32,000 nt of DNA, taken from the sequence record MT374854.1, one strand, 5' to 3'. The notes under the pieces were generated by a model. The model was not told where the DNA came from and did not search any database. It saw nothing but the letters and a program-made list of their open reading frames with translations. Source of the DNA: Yersinia phage vB_YpM_6. The position numbers and the translations under genes are program-made. How positions within the stretch are numbered: the stretch's first letter is position 1; each line of letters starts with the position of its first letter. This document shows positions 25,523 through 32,000 of the stretch, piece by piece.

Positions 25523-27006
25523 GCGATATTTCATTTAACGCGATCCCGTCAGATGTTCGCGTTCCTCTGACGTATATCGAATTTGATAACAGTAATGCCG
25601 TCAGCGGAACACCGGCACCCCGTCAGCGCGTGCTGATGTTCGGGCAAAGCGGAAGTAAAGCCAGTGCGGCACCAGACGTGCCTGTCCGTATCCGTTCCGG
25701 CTCACAGGCCTGTGCGGCGTTTGGTCAGGGTTCCATGCTGGCACTGATGGCAGATGCATTCCTGAACGCTAACCGCGTGGCGGAGCTGTGGTGTATTCCG
25801 CAGGGGAACGGCACCGGTAATGCTGCTGTCGGTGAAATTTCACTGTCAGGAACGGCAGGCGAAAACGGCTCGCTTGTGACTTACATTGCCGGTCAGCGAC
25901 TGGCGGTATCTGTCGCAGCAGGTGCAACGGGAGCGGCGCTGGCTGACCTGCTGGTTGCCCGAATCAAAGGCCAGCCTGATTTACCGGTGACGGCAGAAGT
26001 TCGCGCAGACAGCGGGGATGATGACACCCATGCAGATGTGGTTCTGAGTGCAAAATTTACGGGTGCATTATCTGCCGTGGACGTGCGCTGGAACTATTAC
26101 GCGGGTGAAACCACCCCTTACGGGATTATCACGGCATTCAAAGCCGCCTCCGGGAAAAATGGCAACCCGGATATCAGCGCAAGTATCGCGGGAATGGGCG
26201 ATCTGCAATACAAATATATTGTGATGCCCTATACCGATGAACCGAACCTGAATCTGTTACGCACTGAATTGCAGGAACGCTGGGGACCAGTCAATCAGGC
26301 TGATGGCTTTGCCGTGACAGTGCTGTCCGGCACGTATGGGGATATTTCCACGTTTGGTGTCAGCCGTAATGACCATCTGATTTCCTGTATGGGGATTGCC
26401 GGTGCACCGGAACCGTCATATCTGTACGCCGCCACCCTGTGTGCCGTTGCCAGCCAGGCGCTTTCCATCGACCCGGCGCGTCCACTCCAGACGCTGACGT
26501 TGCCCGGAAGAATGCCGCCTGCGGTGGGGGATCGTTTCACCTGGTCAGAACGTAATGCGCTGCTGTTTGACGGCATCTCCACGTTTAACGTGAATGATGG
26601 TGGTGAAATGCAGATTGAACGCATGATCACGATGTACCGCACAAACAAGTACGGTGACAGTGATCCGTCTTATCTGAACGTGAATACCATCGCCACGCTG
26701 AGTTATCTGCGTTATTCGCTGCGAACCCGCATCACGCAGAAATTCCCGAACTACAAGCTGGCAAGTGATGGCACCCGCTTTGCCACCGGTCAGGCCGTGG
26801 TGACGCCATCCGTGATCAAAACGGAGCTGCTGGCACTGTTTGAAGAATGGGAAAACGCCGGACTGGTCGAGGATTTCGACACGTTCAAAGAGGAGCTGTA
26901 TGTGGCACGTAACAAGGACGACAAAGACCGTCTTGATGTGCTGTGCGGCCCGAATCTGATTAACCAGTTCCGCATTTTCGCGGCACAAGTTCAGTTCATT
27001 CTGTAA
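25519..27006 (+). CDS. L: Contractile tail sheath protein L
   Basis: 495 aa [43 protein letters not shown]..., Mu sheath family. Confidence 0.95.
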   Translation: MSDISFNAIPSDVRVPLTYIEFDNSNAVSGTPAPRQRVLMFGQSGSKASAAPDVPVRIRSGSQACAAFGQGSMLALMADAFLNANRVAELWCIPQGNGTGNAAVGEISLSGTAGENGSLVTYIAGQRLAVSVAAGATGAALADLLVARIKGQPDLPVTAEVRADSGDDDTHADVVLSAKFTGALSAVDVRWNYYAGETTPYGIITAFKAASGKNGNPDISASIAGMGDLQYKYIVMPYTDEPNLNLLRTELQERWGPVNQADGFAVTVLSGTYGDISTFGVSRNDHLISCMGIAGAPEPSYLYAATLCAVASQALSIDPARPLQTLTLPGRMPPAVGDRFTWSERNALLFDGISTFNVNDGGEMQIERMITMYRTNKYGDSDPSYLNVNTIATLSYLRYSLRTRITQKFPNYKLASDGTRFATGQAVVTPSVIKTELLALFEEWENAGLVEDFDTFKEELYVARNKDDKDRLDVLCGPNLINQFRIFAAQVQFIL

Positions 27007-27015
27007 GGAGCATTT

Positions 27016-27372
27016 ATGGCTGGAAATCAGCGTCAGGGGGTGGCGTTCATCCGTGTCAATGGCATGGAGCTTGAAACGATGGAAGGGGCCTCCTTCACGC
27101 CTTCCGGCATCACCCGTGAAGAAGTGACCGGCTCGCGGGTTTATGGCTGGAAAGGTAAACCACGTGCCGCAAAGCTGGAATGCAAAATTCCGGGCGGTGG
27201 TGATATCGGTCTGGATGAAATCATCGGCTGGGAAAACATCACGGCAGAGTTTCAGGCAGACACCGGTGAAACCTGGATGATGGCGAATGCCTGGCAGGCA
27301 GATGAACCGAAAAACGACGGCGGCGAAATTTCGCTGGTACTGATGGCAAAACAAAGCAAACGCATTGCATAA
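27016..27372 (+). CDS. M: Tail tube protein M
   Basis: 118 aa; VNGMELETMEGASFTPSGITREEVTG; after the sheath. Confidence 0.92.
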   Translation: MAGNQRQGVAFIRVNGMELETMEGASFTPSGITREEVTGSRVYGWKGKPRAAKLECKIPGGGDIGLDEIIGWENITAEFQADTGETWMMANAWQADEPKNDGGEISLVLMAKQSKRIA

Positions 27373-27381
27373 GGGGAAACA

Positions 27382-27816
27382 ATGGACGAAATGAATTTAA
27401 GTCCTGAAGCACAGGAACTGCATGACAGCATTGTGGCTGAGCTTCAGTCCGGTGGTCTGAAACTGAAAGACGGCCTGCCGTTCGGCACTGGTGACGAGAC
27501 TGAAATGCAGTATGACGTGACACTGCGTGAACTGACCGCAGGCGATCTGATTGATGCCCAGGCGGCTGCTGAAAAGCTGGTAATGAGCAAGGAAGGCCCG
27601 GTGCTGGTCAGTTCCCCGTCCCGGATGGGACTGGAAATGCTGCGCCGACAGATTGCCAGCGTGGGCTGCATCAAAGGCCCGTTATCGCTGGCGCTGATGC
27701 GCAAGCTGTCTGTCGATGACTTCCAGCGTCTGTCGCTGGCTACAGAGATGCACGACATGGCTGTGGCGGCATCGCTGACGCAAGAACGGGGGCGAGTGGC
27801 TGCGGTGCCGGAATGA
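27382..27816 (+). CDS. Tail assembly protein (Mu gp41-like)
   Basis: 144 aa; position between tube and tape measure; ends near a GGGGGCG slippery sequence. Confidence 0.9.
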   Translation: MDEMNLSPEAQELHDSIVAELQSGGLKLKDGLPFGTGDETEMQYDVTLRELTAGDLIDAQAAAEKLVMSKEGPVLVSSPSRMGLEMLRRQIASVGCIKGPLSLALMRKLSVDDFQRLSLATEMHDMAVAASLTQERGRVAAVPE

Positions 27817-27946
27817 TATTGAGAAAGCGGCGACAGCGATTGGCGTTATTCTGAAAAGTGGCCCGGAATGGGCCTTGTCTCTCCAGCTGTCCCGCTTTTT
27901 CCGGCACTGCCAGCAGGCGAAAACCCTCTCTCAATATCACCGTTAA
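27791..27946 (+). CDS. Frameshift extension of the tail assembly chaperone (gp41/gp42-type), reached by -2 frameshifting
   Basis: Codons from 27791: GEWLRCRNDIEKAATAIGVILKSGPEWALSLQLSRFFRHCQQAKTLSQYHR*; no convincing start of its own; overlaps the gp41 3' end. Confidence 0.75.
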   Translation, partial: GEWLRCRNDIEKAATAIGVILKSGPEWALSLQLSRFFRHCQQAKTLSQYHR

Positions 27947-27960
27947 ATCAGGAAATCTCT

Positions 27961-30033
27961 ATGACCGGGAAACGCTTAAAGGCGTCTGTCATTATTGATC
28001 TTAATGGCAATCTTTCCCGGCGTTCCCGCCAGTATTCGAACCAGATAAACGCCCTGTCCCGTAGCGGGCAAAGTTCCCTTCGTGCCCTGCGTATGGAAGT
28101 TGTGCGCGTTTCTGGTGCCATTGACAGAATGGGTTCTCTGTCAACCCGTACATTCCGAATGCTGTCAGCCGGGGCGCTGGGTATCGCTGGCGTGGGTTAC
28201 ACCGCCAATAAACTGTTTATTGGTGCAGCCGCCCAGCGAGAGCAACAGATTATCGCCATGAACTCGCTGTATCACGGCGATAAGGTCAGAGCGCAGGCCA
28301 TGATGGCCTGGGCAAAGCAGAACGCGAAGGACACCACGTGGGGGCTGAGTGGTGTTCTGGATGAGATCCGTTCGTCAAAAGGCTTCGGCATGACGGATGA
28401 ACAGACGAAACAGTTCATCACCATGTTGCAGGATCAGGGGGCCATGCACGGCTGGGATTTACCCACTGCACAGGGTGCCTCACTGCAACTGAAACAGATG
28501 TTTGCCCGCCAGCAAATCACAGCGGCGGATGCCAACCTGCTGACCGGTTACGGTATTAACGTTTACCAGACGCTGGCGGATGCACTGGGTAAAGACGTTA
28601 AGGATATCCGCAAACAAGGTGAAAAAGGCAAGCTGGGCCTGAAATCCATTCTGACGGTATTCAGAACGCTGTCAGAACAGTCAAAAGGTGCACAGGCCAG
28701 TGCGATGAACTCCTGGGACGGGATGTTCGCCCAGATGGAAGCCAACCTGCTTGAATTTCGCATAAAGGTGGCAAACAGCGGCCCCTTTGAAGAAATCAAG
28801 AACGAGATGCGCCGGGTGCTTAACTGGCACGACATGGCGGATAAATCCGGGGAACTTGACGCACTGGCAGAAAACATTGGTCAGAAATTTCTGACCACGT
28901 TCAGAACGGTAAAAATCGCGGCGCAGGAATTATGGCGCTGGCTGAAACCGGGTAAAGATGCGCTGGCATGGGTTGACCAGAATATTGTCAGCCTGAAAAA
29001 ACTGGCTGCTGTTCTGGTGTCTGTCTGGCTTGCCAATAAAGCCCTGAGAGCAGGCTGGGCCGTGGCAAAACCCTCATGGCAGGTTGCCAGTTATCCGTTT
29101 AAAACCGGGCGTCGTATGTGGCGCTGGATGCGAAACCGCAAACGTGGGCAGGCAGGTCTGCCGGTCCCGGATGCCATGACGTCTGAGACGCTGTTGCAGG
29201 GTATCGGCATTCAGCGTGTGTTTGTCATCAACTGGCCCCGTGGATTTGGTGGCTACGGGAGTGGCGGCGGTCGTCGCGGACGGAGCGGCGGAAGAATGGC
29301 CCAGCTGTTACCCCGCCAGCCGTTATTGCTGTCCGGGCCACAGCCGCTGGCATTACCTGCACCACGCCCTGTACTGGCATTACCCCCACCCGGCGTACCG
29401 GTAACGGCACGGCCTGCACCATTACCTTTACCCGGTAAATCCGGTCTTCTGAGCAGGCTTGCAGGCAGTGCTGCCGGGCAACTGGTTACGGGAACGGTCG
29501 GAAAGCTGGCTGATGCCGGGCGTGCTGTTGGCGGGTGGTTTTCCGGTATCGGAAACAAACTTGCAGGCAGTGCGATCGGTCGGGTTGTGACAAAAGGTGC
29601 CGGGGCGCTGGGCTGGATGGGGAAAGGTGCCGGTCGTGCGTTGTCACGTCTGGGTGGCCCGGTAATGGGGGCACTCCAGCTTGCCCCCGTCCTGATGGAT
29701 GAGCAGGCGTCAACCCATGAAAAAGCAGGCGCAATTGGCAGTACAGCCGGTGCATGGCTCGGCGGTGCCGTTGGCAGCCTTGCCGGACCGCTGGGTACGG
29801 TTGCCGGTGCCACGCTGGGCAGTGTCGCCGGGGAGTATCTGGGCGGTTTTGTAACCGACCTGTATCAGAAATGGACGGCCCCGGATAAGGAGCCGCAGGA
29901 GCAAAAAGTGAATGCGGAAGCCTCGCTGCGCGTCGAACTTGGCGAGGGGTTACGTCTGACCAGTTCCCGCGTCACCGAGGACGGTATGGGGCTGAATATT
30001 TACGCGGGCGATAACTACATTACGGGCTGGTAA
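27961..30033 (+). CDS. Tail tape measure protein
   Basis: ORF from ATG 27961 (690 aa), [44 protein letters not shown]...; Gly/Ala-rich hydrophobic C-terminal region. Confidence 0.92.
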   Translation: MTGKRLKASVIIDLNGNLSRRSRQYSNQINALSRSGQSSLRALRMEVVRVSGAIDRMGSLSTRTFRMLSAGALGIAGVGYTANKLFIGAAAQREQQIIAMNSLYHGDKVRAQAMMAWAKQNAKDTTWGLSGVLDEIRSSKGFGMTDEQTKQFITMLQDQGAMHGWDLPTAQGASLQLKQMFARQQITAADANLLTGYGINVYQTLADALGKDVKDIRKQGEKGKLGLKSILTVFRTLSEQSKGAQASAMNSWDGMFAQMEANLLEFRIKVANSGPFEEIKNEMRRVLNWHDMADKSGELDALAENIGQKFLTTFRTVKIAAQELWRWLKPGKDALAWVDQNIVSLKKLAAVLVSVWLANKALRAGWAVAKPSWQVASYPFKTGRRMWRWMRNRKRGQAGLPVPDAMTSETLLQGIGIQRVFVINWPRGFGGYGSGGGRRGRSGGRMAQLLPRQPLLLSGPQPLALPAPRPVLALPPPGVPVTARPAPLPLPGKSGLLSRLAGSAAGQLVTGTVGKLADAGRAVGGWFSGIGNKLAGSAIGRVVTKGAGALGWMGKGAGRALSRLGGPVMGALQLAPVLMDEQASTHEKAGAIGSTAGAWLGGAVGSLAGPLGTVAGATLGSVAGEYLGGFVTDLYQKWTAPDKEPQEQKVNAEASLRVELGEGLRLTSSRVTEDGMGLNIYAGDNYITGW

Positions 30034-30037
30034 AACC

Positions 30038-31525
30038 ATGTTTGAAGATGCTTTAAATGCCGTTAATGCTGTCCGGGATAAAACCGGTGGAGGCAGGAAA
30101 ACAACCGGCAAAGGCACGTTCCGTAACGTGCCGTTTCTCGTCATCGAGGAGCAAAAACAGGCTGGCGGACGTCGCCTGGTTAAACGTGAGTACCCGTTAC
30201 GTGATACCGGCGGCGTCAATGACCTGGGGAAAAAGCTTCGCTCCCGTACATTCAGCGCCTGCATTCTGAACAGCAACGCAGAAACAGCCAGAGATGAAGC
30301 GGGTGCGCTGATGGATGCTCTTGATGCTCCGGGCAGCGGTGAGCTGGTACATCCTGATTTCGGCACTGTGGACGTCATGGTGGATTCATGGGAATGCCGC
30401 ACTAAAGCGGATGAACTGAATTATTACGCGTTCACCGTTACCGTTTATCCGTCGTTGCAGGATACTGCCCCGGACGCAGAAACAGACACCAGTGCAGCCG
30501 TACCGGCACAGGCTGTTGCTGTAACCGGTTCTCTGGGAGATACGCTGTCCTCTGTCTGGCAGACCGTAAAAGATGGCACTGCGGCGGCAACCGCCGTGAT
30601 GGAAGCTGTAACCGGTGTCATCGATGATATCAGTGATGCGGTGGACAATCTGGGGGTTACGCAGACTGTCAGCGGTCTGATGGGATCGCTTTCTGCGATG
30701 AAAGGCTCTGTGACCAGCCTGATTAACCAGCCTGCCATGCTGGCCTCCTCGCTGATGGGGGCGCTGTCCGGCGTTTCATCGTTATGCGATACCCGGACAG
30801 CATTTTCCACATGGAACCGTCTGGCGCAGCGATTAGAACGTCGCCATGCCGCCACCGCAGGCAGACAGGGGACAATCACAACCTCGTACAACAGTCCGGT
30901 TGCAGAAAAAAATATTGCCACACTGAACTACGTCATGCTGGCAGCGGCGCAGACATACCGGGCAGAAGCTGCCAGCCAGGCACTGACTGCGGCACTGGAT
31001 TTCAGTCGCCGGATGGATAATGCCGCCCGTGCACCTGTACTGGATGCCCCGTCCACCACAACCGGCACAGCCAGCGGGGCCAGCAGCACATCTGCTACCG
31101 TCACACAGGGACAGTTACAGTTAACTGCCATAACCCCGGACGGCGGCTTTTCACAGGTATCCTTTTCAGACAGTGGTACAGCCACGCCCCCGGTATTTGA
31201 AAGTGTGTCCGATATCGGAAAAACAGCCGCCATGCTGGGGGCTGCACTGGATACCGTCATTCTGACGGCATCTGAGCAGGGCTTTTCGACAGACAGCATT
31301 CAGCTTACGCAACTGCGTCTGCTGGTTGTTGCCGACCTGGAAAAACGCGGGCTGCAACTGGCGGGCAGTGAAACGCACCGCCTGCCGGAGACGATGCCTG
31401 CAATGGTGGCCCTGTACCGTTACACAGGAAACAGCCGGAACTGGCAACGGCTGGCCCGCAGGAACGGTATCAGCAACCCGTTGTTTGTTCCCGGTGGTGT
31501 CAGTATTGAGGTGATTAATGAGTAA
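30038..31525 (+). CDS. N: DNA circularisation/tail protein N (Mu gp43-like)
   Basis: 495 aa; [49 protein letters not shown]. Confidence 0.92.
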   Translation: MFEDALNAVNAVRDKTGGGRKTTGKGTFRNVPFLVIEEQKQAGGRRLVKREYPLRDTGGVNDLGKKLRSRTFSACILNSNAETARDEAGALMDALDAPGSGELVHPDFGTVDVMVDSWECRTKADELNYYAFTVTVYPSLQDTAPDAETDTSAAVPAQAVAVTGSLGDTLSSVWQTVKDGTAAATAVMEAVTGVIDDISDAVDNLGVTQTVSGLMGSLSAMKGSVTSLINQPAMLASSLMGALSGVSSLCDTRTAFSTWNRLAQRLERRHAATAGRQGTITTSYNSPVAEKNIATLNYVMLAAAQTYRAEAASQALTAALDFSRRMDNAARAPVLDAPSTTTGTASGASSTSATVTQGQLQLTAITPDGGFSQVSFSDSGTATPPVFESVSDIGKTAAMLGAALDTVILTASEQGFSTDSIQLTQLRLLVVADLEKRGLQLAGSETHRLPETMPAMVALYRYTGNSRNWQRLARRNGISNPLFVPGGVSIEVINE

Positions 31526-32000
31526 TACCGTCACGCTGCGAACGGATGGCAGGCTTTTTACCGGCTGGACGTCAGTCTCTGTCACCCGCTCGATTGAATC
31601 CGTAGCCGGATATTTTGAGCTGGGGGTGAACGTGCCACCGGGTACGGATTTATCCGGTCTGGCACCGGGGAAGGCGTTCACGCTGGAAATCGGGGGGCAG
31701 ATTGTCTGCACCGGTTATATCGATTCACGGCGACGCCAGATGACCGCTGACAGTATGAAAATCACTGTCGCCGGACGTGACAAAACGGCTGACCTGATTG
31801 ACTGTGCTGCCGTTTACAGTGGCGGACAGTGGAAAAACCGCACACTGGAGCAGATTGCGCGTGACCTGTGCACCCCTTATGGCGTTACCGTTCGCTGGGA
31901 GCTTTCCGATAAGGAAAGTTCGGCAGCTTTTCCCGGCTTCACGCTGGACCATTCAGAAACCGTTTATGAGGCGCTGGTGCGTGCCTCCCGCGCACGCGGT
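31518..32000 (+). CDS. P: Baseplate protein P (Mu gp44-like), truncated by the window edge
   Basis: ATG 31518 [37 protein letters not shown]...; open to the window end. Confidence 0.9.
   Translation, partial: MSNTVTLRTDGRLFTGWTSVSVTRSIESVAGYFELGVNVPPGTDLSGLAPGKAFTLEIGGQIVCTGYIDSRRRQMTADSMKITVAGRDKTADLIDCAAVYSGGQWKNRTLEQIARDLCTPYGVTVRWELSDKESSAAFPGFTLDHSETVYEALVRASRARG

Noticed and set aside
26545-27354. 269 aa minus-strand ORF opposite sheath/tube
   Set aside because: Shadow ORF over confidently assigned structural genes.
1-32000. CRISPR arrays, tRNA or rRNA genes
   Set aside because: No regularly spaced repeats or tRNA/rRNA-like sequence noticed on reading either strand.

Overview
The window is dominated by an Escherichia phage Mu-type transposable phage, in order: ERIC-like junction, left end, c repressor, ner, transposase A, target-selection ATPase B, a block of small early ORFs, gam, gp16, mor, a GH108 lysin, C, a SAR endolysin with Rz/Rz1-like spanins, small and large terminase, portal, F, G, protease I with nested scaffold Z, major head T, J/K-type proteins, sheath, tube, tail assembly proteins with a candidate -2 frameshift, tape measure, DNA circularisation protein N, and partial baseplate protein P. 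The first ~3.2 kb is the right-end module of a Mu-like phage: silent inverted tail-fibre cassette, gix site, gin invertase, com/mom DNA modification. The most unusual structure is at 3145-3530. A right end and a left end face each other, each with three TTTGATAC-type sites spaced like Mu R1-R3 and L1-L3. They are separated by only ~127 bp that looks like one ERIC element in circularly permuted order. This suggests a prophage inserted inside an ERIC and then present in tandem, or a circularised or collapsed assembly of that locus. Other items: Mu-like late promoters with C sites and three GATC sites before com/mom, a candidate strong gyrase site region between G and I, an antisense gene in the early region, and a two-lysin arrangement. 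I found no clearly unprecedented biological system. All family assignments come from reading the translations and from remembered family features; no database search was run.
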